Positions 9,201-19,464 of a DNA stretch of 64,000 nucleotides are shown here, in pieces. This DNA is from Syntrophales bacterium. GTDB lineage: Bacteria; Desulfobacterota; Syntrophia; Syntrophales; UBA2210. The notes under the pieces are model-generated. The model was not told the origin of the DNA. It ran no database searches and was given only the letters and a program-made list of their open reading frames with translations. The stretch lies in contig CAXXNF010000002.1 of the NCBI GenBank assembly GCA_963666365.2, positions 2,080,001-2,144,000 of the forward strand, in the 5' to 3' direction. Position numbers and translations under genes: made by a program. Positions within the stretch are counted from its first letter, which is position 1. Each line of letters begins with the position of its first letter.

Positions 9201-10955
9201 ATGAAAATCAATCTTTTTTATAAACTGTTCGTCACCTATGTGGTGATTGCGCTCGTCGCCGTCATTATCATTAATCTTCAAATGGGAACACATATAAAAG
9301 CCACGATTCAAGAACGCATCGAACAGAATCTGTTGACCAACTCCCACCTTATCACTCTCACATCCTCTCTTGCGGATTTGGAGAAAACCGTCGATCGCAT
9401 AGCCGCCATCGCCGATGCACGGGCAACCCTGATCACTGCAGACGGCCGGGTTGTCTACGATTCGGAAACAACCACGGTTGAAATGGATAATCACCTGAAT
9501 CGAACGGAAATTCAGGAGGCCCGGGTCAGGGGGAAGGGAAGTGCAATCCGCTTCAGCCAGACATTACGAATCGATACCCTTTATGTAGCCATGCCGATCT
9601 TACAGGGGAACACAATCGAAGGCTACATTCGTCTGGCCCGCCCCCTCACTGAAGTAAAACAATCGATACATGAGCTCAATATTGTGCTGCTGCAGTCCTT
9701 TCTCTTTGTCGGCGCCCTCTCTTTTTTGATCGCCTTCATTTTCTCGGCCCGGTTCGTGTCGCCGATTCAGGAGATGGAACAATTTACCACACGACTGCGC
9801 GAGGGCGAGATGCCCGGAACGCTGCTTATCAACTCCGCCGATGAACGGGGAAGACTTGCCAGGAACATCAATCACCTGGTGACAGAACTAAAAGAAAAAA
9901 TAGGCCAGGCTCAGGAAGAAAAGGGGAAGCTTGAGGCGGCCTTTGCCAGCATGACCGACGGAGTGCTTGTCCTCAACAATGCCGGCGCCATCGAGAGCGC
10001 CAATGCCTCTTTTACCCGCATGTTCTCTCTAAATTACGGCGATATTGTGGGCAAAACCCCCCTTGACGCCTTCAGAAACATTGATCTTCAGAAAGCGCTC
10101 GATCGTTTCAGGGAAAACGGGGTTCCCCTTTCGCAGGAAATTTCACTCGAAGAAGGCGACATAGGTGCAGTGGATGTCACCATTTCTCCCATCAGAGGAC
10201 TTCCCAGAAATGACGAAAAGACGATGCTTGTGTTTCATGATGTAACGCGCCTTAAAAAACTGGAAAAAATGCGGGGCGATTTTGTGGCAAATGTCACTCA
10301 CGAAATAAAAACCCCCCTTACAGCCATATTGGGGTTTATCGAAACCTTGAAGGATGGGGCAATTGAAGAAAAGGAGGTCGCGCATCAGTTCTTACAAATA
10401 ATTCATACCCATGCACAACGTCTCAATCGCCTGGTGGATGATCTGTTAACTATCTCCAACATGGAATTGGGAGAAACGGAACTGTCTTTTGAAGATCTTT
10501 CCCTCATCTCGGTGATTGAGAGCATCCTTCCCATTATAGAACAGCAGGCAACAAAAAAAGACATCGTGGTGAAAAAAGAGCTGCCTGATCAACTGCCGCT
10601 TATAAAGGGCGACAGGGACAAGGTCATGCAGATTCTTCTCAATGTGCTTGACAATGCCGTCAAGTTCACCGATAGGGAAGGAACGGTATCCATAACCGCC
10701 CACGATAACGAGGATGGGAGAGTGGCGGTCCGCATCAGCGACACGGGCATAGGCATTCCAAAGGCCGAGATACCGCGTCTGGGAGAGCGCTTCTACCGGG
10801 TCGACAAAACGAGATCGCGCGAAATGGGAGGCACGGGGCTCGGACTTTCCATCGTGAAGCATCTTCTGATAGCCCATGGCGGTTCGATGAGCATAGACAG
10901 CAGGCCGGGCAGAGGCACATCGGTCAGCATTTTTTTCCCTTTTCGCGTAATATGA
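9201..10955 (+). CDS. phoR: Sensor histidine kinase PhoR (TM-HAMP-PAS-HisKA-HATPase)
   Basis: FVANVTHEIKTPLT H-box, NVLDNAVKF, ERFYRVDKTRSREMGGTGLGL; start set to ATG 9201. Confidence 0.9.
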   Translation: MKINLFYKLFVTYVVIALVAVIIINLQMGTHIKATIQERIEQNLLTNSHLITLTSSLADLEKTVDRIAAIADARATLITADGRVVYDSETTTVEMDNHLNRTEIQEARVRGKGSAIRFSQTLRIDTLYVAMPILQGNTIEGYIRLARPLTEVKQSIHELNIVLLQSFLFVGALSFLIAFIFSARFVSPIQEMEQFTTRLREGEMPGTLLINSADERGRLARNINHLVTELKEKIGQAQEEKGKLEAAFASMTDGVLVLNNAGAIESANASFTRMFSLNYGDIVGKTPLDAFRNIDLQKALDRFRENGVPLSQEISLEEGDIGAVDVTISPIRGLPRNDEKTMLVFHDVTRLKKLEKMRGDFVANVTHEIKTPLTAILGFIETLKDGAIEEKEVAHQFLQIIHTHAQRLNRLVDDLLTISNMELGETELSFEDLSLISVIESILPIIEQQATKKDIVVKKELPDQLPLIKGDRDKVMQILLNVLDNAVKFTDREGTVSITAHDNEDGRVAVRISDTGIGIPKAEIPRLGERFYRVDKTRSREMGGTGLGLSIVKHLLIAHGGSMSIDSRPGRGTSVSIFFPFRVI

Positions 10956-11032
10956 ACTAACGTACAATTCCCTCTCCCGTGATAAAAGAGGGTCACTGGA
11001 GTGAGGCAAAAGACAAAAAGAGCTGCATTCAC

Positions 11033-11734
11033 ATGTCCTCTAAAATACTTGTCGTCGACGATGAAAAGGATATAGTAGAACTCATTTCCTATAATCTGGG
11101 AAAAGAGGGGTTTGCCGTACTAAAGGCCTATAACGGCGAGGACGCGCTGAAGGTCGTAAAAGAGGATCGTCCCGATTTGATGATTCTCGACCTCATGCTT
11201 CCGGGAATGCAGGGATTGGAAGTGACCAAGCGCCTTCGAAACAACCCCGAAACCGCACGCCTTCCTATCCTTATGTTGACGGCAAAAAGCGGGGAGGTCG
11301 ACACGATTCTTGGATTGGAAATGGGCGCCGACGATTATGTGACGAAGCCTTTTCGCGTGCGTGAGTTGATGGCGCGCATCCGGGCCATTTTGCGACGGAC
11401 GGCAATAAAAGAAAAGGAATCCGAAAAGGAGACCTTCTCCTTCAAGGATCTTTTTATCGACTTCACTTCCCACGTCATCACCCTCGGAGACATCCCCCTC
11501 GAACTGAGCCCGACTGAATTCAAGCTTTTGAGTTTTTTTGTCCGGCGTCCGGGGAGGGTGTATACACGCAACCAGATTCTCGATCATGTATGGGGCGATG
11601 ACGCCTTCGTCGAGCCGAGAACGGTTGATGTCCATATCAGGCGGCTCCGTTCCCGGATAGAAAAAGACATGGCGAATCCGCGCTACATCATAACGGTTAG
11701 AGGAATCGGGTATAAATTCTCCGACGTTCTGTAA
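11033..11734 (+). CDS. phoB: OmpR-family response regulator PhoB
   Basis: VVDDE, LDLMLPG, GADDYVTKPF, RTVDVHIRRLR; pst context. Confidence 0.9.
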   Translation: MSSKILVVDDEKDIVELISYNLGKEGFAVLKAYNGEDALKVVKEDRPDLMILDLMLPGMQGLEVTKRLRNNPETARLPILMLTAKSGEVDTILGLEMGADDYVTKPFRVRELMARIRAILRRTAIKEKESEKETFSFKDLFIDFTSHVITLGDIPLELSPTEFKLLSFFVRRPGRVYTRNQILDHVWGDDAFVEPRTVDVHIRRLRSRIEKDMANPRYIITVRGIGYKFSDVL

Positions 11735-11869
11735 CACTTCCCTGAAATCAGAACCCCATCAAATATACACCGCCGTGCTTTCCATACAGACAAGCCAATG
11801 GGGAACCACAGCACTACCATCTTCTTCTACATGCAGCGAAACTATGATCAGTCGTAGTCACGACTTCGA

Positions 11870-12592
11870 TTAAAACAACCAGATGTGATCCAGTTCTTCT
11901 TCATGGCGGCCTTCGGTTTTCCGTTCGCGGATCACCTTGGCGGGCGCACCGGCCACTACCGTGTGCGGCGGCACGTCGGCCGTCACCGTGGCGCCCGATG
12001 CCACAATCGACTCCTTGCCCACGGTCACCCCCGGAAGAATCGTTGCTCCCGCAAATATTTTGGCATAGTCCTCAATCACCACCGGCTTATATTCGCGGAT
12101 CATATGCGATGCCTCTGAATGACTGTGGGTGAATATGCGTGCATCCTCGGCAAGAGCGACAGAGTTGCCGATCACTATGCCCCCCTTGCTGTCAAGAAAG
12201 ACGCCGCGATTAAAAAATACATGATCGCCCAGCTCGATACACTGGCCGAAATTGAAGGTGACATGCTCCTCGACGATAAGCGCGGCGCCGCATCTCTTAA
12301 AGAGATGTTTCGCAATGAGCCGGCGAAAGGGAATTGAAAAGGACACGATAAGTCCCAGGGGAAGCCGGTCCAGATAATCCCACAGGAAATGCAGGTACCG
12401 CTGCTGAAGCGTAAAGGGCGTCTCATGCCCCTTGGGCAGCGCCTCGCTGTAAAGCCTGACATGCTCAAGGATCTCAAGGGAAAGCGGCGGCGCCTCCAGA
12501 ATGGAGAGCACTTCCGCTACGGCCTTGGCGCTCAGCCCCTCTTCTACCAGAGGTTCAATTGCCCCAAGCTTTTCTTCAAACACCTTTGCCAT
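11870..12592 (-). CDS. Hexapeptide-repeat (left-handed beta-helix) O-acyltransferase
   Basis: [38 protein letters not shown]. Confidence 0.85.
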   Translation of the reverse strand: MAKVFEEKLGAIEPLVEEGLSAKAVAEVLSILEAPPLSLEILEHVRLYSEALPKGHETPFTLQQRYLHFLWDYLDRLPLGLIVSFSIPFRRLIAKHLFKRCGAALIVEEHVTFNFGQCIELGDHVFFNRGVFLDSKGGIVIGNSVALAEDARIFTHSHSEASHMIREYKPVVIEDYAKIFAGATILPGVTVGKESIVASGATVTADVPPHTVVAGAPAKVIRERKTEGRHEEELDHIWLF

Positions 12593-12737
12593 CGATAGCG
12601 CCTCCTTGCACGTAAGGTGATGTTCTCACTGTCTCCTCGATATTCCTCCTCTGCCGGGAAAAAAGCGGTTACACTTGCATACACCAGGGATCGCACGAGG
12701 GCCAGCATAATCGGCGCTGCATGCCCTGAGTCCTTCG

Positions 12738-13649
12738 CTAGTTGATCAGTTTTTTTCCCTTCAGCCATGCCATGGCAGTTTCGCGCACAGGCCGGTGCGC
12801 CACGTCGACGGCGGCGTTGAGTTTCTGCATTTCTTCCGTGCTCAGTGTGTCGGCGATCGGTCTTAAAATGTGCCTGATTTCCGGATATGCGTCAAGAACA
12901 GCGCTGCGGACCACCGGTACGGGGTTATATACAGGAAAAAATGACTTATCGTCCACAAGATTTACAAAGCCGAAGGCGGCGACCCGGCCGTCGGTGGCAA
13001 ATCCCATGGCGGAATTCACCTGCCCGTCCTTCAATGCCTGATAGGTAAGTCCCAGAGACATTTTTTTGACCTGTGCAGGAGGAAGTCTGAATCCGTAGGT
13101 TTTCATCACCTGTTTAAATCCATCGGGACGCTCCCAGAATTCCGATTCAAGTGCAAATATCAGCTCGTCCGGATGGCTATTGACATACCGGGCAAGATCT
13201 GAGATTGACGTGATTTCCAGTGCATCCGCCTGGGTCTTCTTCATCATCACCGTATAGGTATTGTTAAATTGCACGGGATCAAGCCATATGAGTCCCTTGT
13301 CTTCGTCGGCTTGTTTGACCCATTGGTATACCCTTTCCGGGTCAGTCATGATTTCGATGTTTTTTTGCCTGTAGTAGACGGTATAGGCAGTGCCCGTATA
13401 TTCGAAATAGAGGTCTAACTGCCCGTGCTCAAGAGATTTTCTTGCAATCACGGACCCTACTCCTGTTTTCAGCGTCACCTCGAAACCGGCGCCCTCAAGA
13501 AGGATGCCGGCCAGTTCGGCAAGGAGATACTGTTCCGTAAAATTTTTGCCGCCCACTATGATCTCTTTCTCCCCTGCAGGAACAGACGTCGAAAAAAGGA
13601 AAGAAGCTCCCATAAGCAGGCACAGAAGGATTCCCGCATGTTGTTTCAT
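12738..13649 (-). CDS. Glycine betaine/choline (OsmF/OpuCC-like) ABC substrate-binding protein
   Basis: GKNFTEQ, EYTGT, FNNTY, TDGR, DDKSFFPVY. Confidence 0.92.
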   Translation of the reverse strand: MKQHAGILLCLLMGASFLFSTSVPAGEKEIIVGGKNFTEQYLLAELAGILLEGAGFEVTLKTGVGSVIARKSLEHGQLDLYFEYTGTAYTVYYRQKNIEIMTDPERVYQWVKQADEDKGLIWLDPVQFNNTYTVMMKKTQADALEITSISDLARYVNSHPDELIFALESEFWERPDGFKQVMKTYGFRLPPAQVKKMSLGLTYQALKDGQVNSAMGFATDGRVAAFGFVNLVDDKSFFPVYNPVPVVRSAVLDAYPEIRHILRPIADTLSTEEMQKLNAAVDVAHRPVRETAMAWLKGKKLIN

Positions 13650-13686
13650 TACAGTACCTGTATCTTTCTTGTACCTTCCTCATTGC

Positions 13687-14436
13687 TCACGCGCGCTCAC
13701 TCCTCCAATCGGGAAGACGCAGTCCCTTCGGAATAAGCACACATCCCAGAAGCTCACAGATAAAGTCGGCAATAAGGGCCATAAGCGTAACCGGAATCGC
13801 CCCGGCAAGAAGCTTTTCCGTCTGCATCAGGCTGATTCCCGTGAAGATCAGATCTCCCAACCCGCCGGCGCCGATGAGATAGGCAAGCGCCGCCGTGCCG
13901 ATATTCACAATGAGCGCAACCCTGAAGCCTGCAAGTATCACCTGCATGGCGTTGGGAAGCTCCACCTCAAAAAGAATACGAAACGGGGTCATCCCCATCC
14001 CTTTTCCTGCGTCGATCAATGAAGCCGGCACCGCGCTGATGCCGGCAAGGGTATTTCTCGCAATGGGAAGAATGGAGTAGATTGTCAGCGCAAATATCGC
14101 CGGTTTTGCACCGATGCCCACAACGCTCATCGCCAGTGCCAAAACGGCAAGCGAAGGAATGGTCTGTCCAAGTCCGACAATATACATGACGATGCCTGCA
14201 TATCTTCGAAAGCGCCGCCTGGTAAAAATGACGCCTGCGGCAATGCCGAGCACGGTTGCAAAGCCCATGCTGACCGCCACGAGGAAAAGGTGTTGCAGGC
14301 ACAGTGCAATAATCACCGGGTATTCATAGGGATCGGTCATGTAGGCAATAAGCCCTGTTCGCTCGGCCGTGACACCGGCGACAACCAGTATCGCAATAAG
14401 TACAAAGCGGTATGTCTTCCCCAGCACTTCTTTCAT
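13687..14436 (-). CDS. Osmoprotectant ABC transporter permease
   Basis: QTIPSLA, DAGKGMGMT, IGAGGLG. Confidence 0.92.
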   Translation of the reverse strand: MKEVLGKTYRFVLIAILVVAGVTAERTGLIAYMTDPYEYPVIIALCLQHLFLVAVSMGFATVLGIAAGVIFTRRRFRRYAGIVMYIVGLGQTIPSLAVLALAMSVVGIGAKPAIFALTIYSILPIARNTLAGISAVPASLIDAGKGMGMTPFRILFEVELPNAMQVILAGFRVALIVNIGTAALAYLIGAGGLGDLIFTGISLMQTEKLLAGAIPVTLMALIADFICELLGCVLIPKGLRLPDWRSERA

Positions 14437-15101
14437 CGCATCAGCTTTCTCTGCGCCTTTATTCCTTCCGGGGTAACCAGCCGTTCCAGCAGCGCCATAA
14501 GTCCGTCCACAATTACCGCCAGAAGCGACACGAGAATGGCGCCGCTCAGAATCATCTCTGGATAGACGCGATCGATTCCCTGCTGAATATACACACCCAA
14601 CCCGCCCGCACCAATATAAACGGCAATGGCGGCGATCCCGATATTCATTACGGCAGCCGTTCTCACTCCGGCAACGATGACCGGCATTGCCAGGGGAATT
14701 TCAACCTCCTTCAGCCGCTGCCATGCGGTCATACCCATACCTCTGGCCGCATCAACAAGCGCAGGGGGTACATTTTTGACAGCCGTATAGGTGTTGCGGA
14801 TTATGGGAAGCTGGCTGTAGAGCACCAGGGCGATAATGGCGGGAACCTTTCCCAGTCCCAGATTCACTATGGAAAGCAGGGGGAGCATCATGCCGAAGAG
14901 TGCAATGGACGGAATGGTCATCAGGATGCTGGCCCCATTGAGGACCCGGCCAGCAATCGCCTCGTGTCCCGTGATAAACAGGCCAAGGGGAACGCCGATG
15001 ACAATGGCGATACAAAGCGCCACGCCCACGATCCATAGATGCTCCAAGGAGAGAAACATCACCTGCGAAAGGTTATCCACAATGAATTGCAGCACACCCA
15101 T
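14433..15101 (-). CDS. Osmoprotectant ABC transporter permease
   Basis: TIPSIALFG, DAARGMGMT, IGAGGLG. Confidence 0.92.
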   Translation of the reverse strand: MGVLQFIVDNLSQVMFLSLEHLWIVGVALCIAIVIGVPLGLFITGHEAIAGRVLNGASILMTIPSIALFGMMLPLLSIVNLGLGKVPAIIALVLYSQLPIIRNTYTAVKNVPPALVDAARGMGMTAWQRLKEVEIPLAMPVIVAGVRTAAVMNIGIAAIAVYIGAGGLGVYIQQGIDRVYPEMILSGAILVSLLAVIVDGLMALLERLVTPEGIKAQRKLMR

Positions 15102-15107
15102 GGACAG

Positions 15108-16250
15108 CTACCTCTCTATGGAAATCGATTCTGTACCTTCGGCATAACTTTCCGTAACGACCTTCTGAATATCGGTATAGGCGACAGTCCCGGCGAAGCC
15201 CCCGCTGTCATCAACCACACAGAACGTAGCCAGACCGTGCATGAGCATAAAGGAAAGCACGTCACGAAGGGAGGTGCGCTCCTTGAGAAAGAGCGGATAG
15301 GGTTCCGCCGCATTCCCGACAATGCCCTCTTCGTATTTAAGGATTTTCGGGGTGACATATCCTATCGGCTTACCGCCATCAATGACAATACCGGAACGGA
15401 ACCCCTTTTCACCAAGAAACTTCAACGCATTTTCAGTGGAATTTTTCGCACTGACGATATTTTTTGGATTGCGGTTCACGACATCCGACACCCGCATGAG
15501 TCCCAGTACCTTCAAGGCGCGATCGGCACCGACAAAATCCGCCACAAATTTATTTTTCGGTTGCGTGAGGATGATTTCAGGCACATCGTACTGTATCAGC
15601 TTCCCCTTGTCGAAAAGGGCAATGCGATCGCCCATCTTTATCGCTTCATGAATATCATGCGACACAAAGGCGATGGTCTTGTGCAATCGTGACTGCAGTC
15701 TCAGAAGCTCATTCTGCAACTGCTCTCTGTTTATGGGATCGATGGCACCGAAGGGTTCGTCCATAAGGAGTATATCGGGATCGGCAGCCAACCCGCGGGC
15801 CACTCCTACCCGTTGCTGCTGTCCTCCGGAGAGTTCCGCCGGGTAGCGGGTGCGATACAGATCCGGTTCCAGATTGATCATTTCCAGCAGTTCGTCGACC
15901 CGACGGCGGATGCGTTCCTTTTCCCATCCCAAGAGACGGGGGACCACGGCGATATTTTCCGCAATCGTTTTATTCGGGAAAAGACCGATGGCCTGAATGA
16001 CATAGCCCAGCCGTTGCCTCAATTCCACGGAATCGGAATCCATGATGTTGCGGCTCTCTATGTAAATATTACCGCGGGTAATGGGTTCCAGTCTGTTGGT
16101 AAGGCGCAGCATCGTCGTCTTTCCGCACCCGGACGGCCCCAGAAGCACTGCAATCTGACCTTTCGGGATAGTGAAACTTATGTCATCAAGGGCCGTTACC
16201 GCATCCCTGCCACTTCCGAATATCTTAGTAACCGATTCATAAGTGATCAT
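15108..16250 (-). CDS. Osmoprotectant ABC transporter ATPase with CBS domains (OpuCA/OsmV-like)
   Basis: [25 protein letters not shown]-terminal CBS pair; start set to ATG 16250 (MITYESV). Confidence 0.92.
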   Translation of the reverse strand: MITYESVTKIFGSGRDAVTALDDISFTIPKGQIAVLLGPSGCGKTTMLRLTNRLEPITRGNIYIESRNIMDSDSVELRQRLGYVIQAIGLFPNKTIAENIAVVPRLLGWEKERIRRRVDELLEMINLEPDLYRTRYPAELSGGQQQRVGVARGLAADPDILLMDEPFGAIDPINREQLQNELLRLQSRLHKTIAFVSHDIHEAIKMGDRIALFDKGKLIQYDVPEIILTQPKNKFVADFVGADRALKVLGLMRVSDVVNRNPKNIVSAKNSTENALKFLGEKGFRSGIVIDGGKPIGYVTPKILKYEEGIVGNAAEPYPLFLKERTSLRDVLSFMLMHGLATFCVVDDSGGFAGTVAYTDIQKVVTESYAEGTESISIER

Positions 16251-16272
16251 GGAAGGCCCCACTGTCTTGAGG

Positions 16273-16308
16273 AGGGACACTTCCCCTGAAAAAAGGGGAA
16301 GTGTCCCT
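16273..16308. repeat. 15-bp perfect hairpin with the same core as the 4806-4914 repeat
   Basis: AGGGACACTTCCCCT-gaaaaa-AGGGGAAGTGTCCCT. Confidence 0.8.
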
Positions 16309-16312
16309 TGTT

Positions 16313-17632
16313 TCAGGATTTGCGAGGAGGCTTGGAAATGAGCGTGATGGCCGCCCCGATAAGACAGGCAACACCGGCAACCACGAAGGGCGTCACCCAT
16401 ATGCCGGGATCGCCGCTTCCCTTTGCCGCATCCTTGAAATATCCGGCGATCTGGGGACCGACGACTCCTGCGATACCGTAGGAAACAAATATGAACCCAT
16501 AGTTGAGTCCCACGGTTTTGTTTCCGAAATAATCGGCGGTGATGGCCGGGAAGAGTGCAAAGTTGCCGCCGAAGTTGAATCCGATAATACAGGCGCCGAT
16601 GATCAGTGTGGCCACTGTGCCTCCCATCTTGTAAAAGATGAGCATGATGATGCCCTGAAGCAGACACATGAGAAAGATGGACATTTTACGACCGATCTTG
16701 TCCGAAACGGTCCCCCAAATGATGCGGCCAAGGCCGTTGAAGATGGCATAGAGGGCCATGGCGGTGCCGGCGGCCGCAGAAGCGGCGGCGGCGGTCATGC
16801 CGGCGGCCTTCAGGGAATCGATGCCGAAGAGCTTTATACAGTAGATCACCATCAAGCCGGCAATGGCCGAAAAGAGGAAGGTGAACCATGTCATATAAAA
16901 CTGCGGCGTCTTCATCATTTCGCCCGAGGTAAAATCGGTCATGCCAAGGGCTGATCCGCCCGGATTTGCCGCTGATGCCGGTTCCGGCGGCGTCCATCCC
17001 TCCGGGACATACCCTGCCGGCGGATCTACCATCACAATACTTCCCAGGAGTACCGCAACGAGAAATATAACGCCGTAGAGTAAAAAGACGCTCTGCACTC
17101 CGCCGAGACCGAAGAAATTCAGATTATTTATCAACCCGAACCATGAACCGGCCGATTTAACCCATATCGTTGCACCGAAGCCGAAGCCGGCCACGGCCAG
17201 TCCAGTGACCATTCCCTTCTTGTCGGGAAACCACTTGACCCCGACGGCAATCGGCACCACATAGGCCAACCCGATACCGGCACCGCCGATGATACCGATA
17301 AAAAGCAATTGCGCAAAAAACGAAGATCCGAAGAGTCCGCCCAGTATGTACCCGATACCCAGCACAATGCCGCCAAGAGAGGCGAGCTTCCTTGGACCTG
17401 TCGTTGCGAGCATCCGTCCCGATATGATCATCACGACCGAAAATACCAAAAGCCCGATTGAAAAAATCCATGCCGCCTGAGTTGCACTGAATCCATAGGT
17501 TCCACCCTCAGAAACAGCCAGAGTCAGTTTTGGTGTAAATACCGACCACGCATAGATTGCACCAAGACAAAGCTGAATGAGTATTGCGCCAATAACCACA
17601 TACCATCGATTCATAACCTTTTCCTGAGCCAT
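16313..17632 (-). CDS. OFA/monocarboxylate-type MFS transporter
   Basis: LCLGAIYAWSVF, KWFPDKKG...GFGFG, NGLGRIIWGTVSDKIGR; RBS GGAGG. Confidence 0.9.
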   Translation of the reverse strand: MAQEKVMNRWYVVIGAILIQLCLGAIYAWSVFTPKLTLAVSEGGTYGFSATQAAWIFSIGLLVFSVVMIISGRMLATTGPRKLASLGGIVLGIGYILGGLFGSSFFAQLLFIGIIGGAGIGLAYVVPIAVGVKWFPDKKGMVTGLAVAGFGFGATIWVKSAGSWFGLINNLNFFGLGGVQSVFLLYGVIFLVAVLLGSIVMVDPPAGYVPEGWTPPEPASAANPGGSALGMTDFTSGEMMKTPQFYMTWFTFLFSAIAGLMVIYCIKLFGIDSLKAAGMTAAAASAAAGTAMALYAIFNGLGRIIWGTVSDKIGRKMSIFLMCLLQGIIMLIFYKMGGTVATLIIGACIIGFNFGGNFALFPAITADYFGNKTVGLNYGFIFVSYGIAGVVGPQIAGYFKDAAKGSGDPGIWVTPFVVAGVACLIGAAITLISKPPRKS

Positions 17633-17843
17633 GCATCCTCCTCCTTCGTAATCCTAAAAGTTGTTTACATAAATACACATTCCCAGATTTAGGACGGAAT
17701 ATCAGAATTAACCACATTTTCCAAATAAAAAAAGGAAAAATAATTACATTTGCATCGGAAAGCCTAATTTTATAGGATAGCTGCATTCGTATCCAACCGC
17801 CATACGTTCCCTATGGCCTTAACACTGTAAAAGGAGAACTCCC

Positions 17844-18605
17844 ATGCGTGTAATCGATTTATCAGCTACAATAGAAACAAGCCCCGAGGGCACACCGGAT
17901 TTTCTCAAAACGGAAATTGCCTACCACAGCCATGCCGACGGAGCGGCAAGCATTGAAGCCCTTCTTGGCGTCTCCAAGGAACTTCTCCGCCAGGGAGAGG
18001 GCTGGGCAACGGATACCATTACCTATCTCGGAACCCATTCCTCCACCCACGTGGACGCCCCCTGGCATTACAACACTCTCATTCAGGGCGAAAGGGCGCT
18101 TACTGTCGACGAACTTCCTCTTGAGTGGTTTTTCAGCGACGGGGTCAAGCTTGACATGACGGCAAAAGAGGAGGGAGACCCCGTGACGGTCGACGACATC
18201 AAGAAAGAACTTGCCCGCATCGGCTATGAGCTCAAGCCTTTGGATATCGTACTCGTCAATACGGGACGGGACATCTTTTACGGCCAGCCGGACTATATGT
18301 TTAAAGGCTGCGGGGTCACCGCTGAAGCAACCCGCTGGCTGTACGATCAGGGAATTCGGGTCATGGGAATCGATGCATGGGGCTGGGACGCGCCGCTCGA
18401 TCTCGAGGCCCGACAGGCTCTGGAAAAGGGGGAAACCGGGGTCTTCTGGGCGGCCCATCAGGCGGATATTTCTTACTCTCACATGGAGCGGCTGGTCAAT
18501 GTGAGCGGTCTTCCACCCTTCGGATTCAAGGTCTCCTGTTTTCCTCTCAAAATCAAGGGAGCAAGCGCGGGACCGGCACGAATCGTGGCAATAATTCCTG
18601 AATAA
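17844..18605 (+). CDS. Cyclase family metallohydrolase (kynurenine formamidase-like)
   Basis: THSSTHVDAPWH motif, GID, MERLVN, FPLKI. Confidence 0.88.
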   Translation: MRVIDLSATIETSPEGTPDFLKTEIAYHSHADGAASIEALLGVSKELLRQGEGWATDTITYLGTHSSTHVDAPWHYNTLIQGERALTVDELPLEWFFSDGVKLDMTAKEEGDPVTVDDIKKELARIGYELKPLDIVLVNTGRDIFYGQPDYMFKGCGVTAEATRWLYDQGIRVMGIDAWGWDAPLDLEARQALEKGETGVFWAAHQADISYSHMERLVNVSGLPPFGFKVSCFPLKIKGASAGPARIVAIIPE

Positions 18606-18619
18606 AGAGGTAACAGACA

Positions 18620-19450
18620 ATGCCCTACGAACTGATAAACGATATAAGTCTCCACTACGAGGAGGCGGGAAGCGGAGAGGCCGTCGTCTTCCTGCACGGC
18701 TATACGGGAAGTACCATGGATTGGGCGCACCAGGTTTCGCCGTTGTCGAAGGACTATCGGATTGTCGCCCTCGACTTTCGGGGACACGGAAGATCGAGCG
18801 ACCCTGAGGGAGAGCAGGATTATTCTATACCGATTTTCAGTAATGATCTGTATGAACTCCTGAAAATGCTCTCCATCGGCGCCTGCTGCCTTGTGGGCCA
18901 CTCAATGGGGGGATTTACGGCGCTCCAATTCACCCTCGATCACCCCGACATGGTCCGGGCGCTGGTGCTCGTGGATACTTCGAGCGGGGACTACGATGTG
19001 GCGCCGGGCTACGCCGATCTCAGGAAACGGCTGGATGAACTTGCCTTCGGAGAGGGTCTTGATGCCGCCTTTGAATATGATGCCGCGCACAATCCGGTGC
19101 GAATCGAACGGTTCCGGCGCCATCCGGAGCAGCGCGAAATTGCCAGGCGCAAGGTCCTGAATACCTCAGTGAACGGGTATGTCTATGTGGCGCGGTCGTT
19201 CGGCAAATGGAAGCCAGTCACTGACCGCCTGAAGGAAATTCACGCACCCACACTGATTTTCTGGGGCGAGGAAGACGCTCCCTTTCTCAGGCCAAGCCGC
19301 CTGCTCAATGAGTCCATAGAGGAATCGAAACTTGTCGTCGTCCCCGGTGCGGGACATTCGCCCCACGAAGAGGCTCCGGATCTTTTTAACAGGGAATTAC
19401 GGGCATTCATTGAACGTGTCTACGGGCCCTTCAAAAAAGAACGGCCTTGA
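18620..19450 (+). CDS. Alpha/beta hydrolase
   Basis: FLHG, DFRGHG, GHSMGG nucleophile elbow, GEED, AGHSPH. Confidence 0.92.
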   Translation: MPYELINDISLHYEEAGSGEAVVFLHGYTGSTMDWAHQVSPLSKDYRIVALDFRGHGRSSDPEGEQDYSIPIFSNDLYELLKMLSIGACCLVGHSMGGFTALQFTLDHPDMVRALVLVDTSSGDYDVAPGYADLRKRLDELAFGEGLDAAFEYDAAHNPVRIERFRRHPEQREIARRKVLNTSVNGYVYVARSFGKWKPVTDRLKEIHAPTLIFWGEEDAPFLRPSRLLNESIEESKLVVVPGAGHSPHEEAPDLFNRELRAFIERVYGPFKKERP

Positions 19451-19464
19451 TTACACAGAGGACC

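Noticed and set aside
16251..16667. 139-aa N-terminal extension of the ABC ATPase, a possible fusion or frameshift
   Set aside because: Alternative frame of the MFS gene with non-protein-like composition; the ABC domain begins at MITYESV
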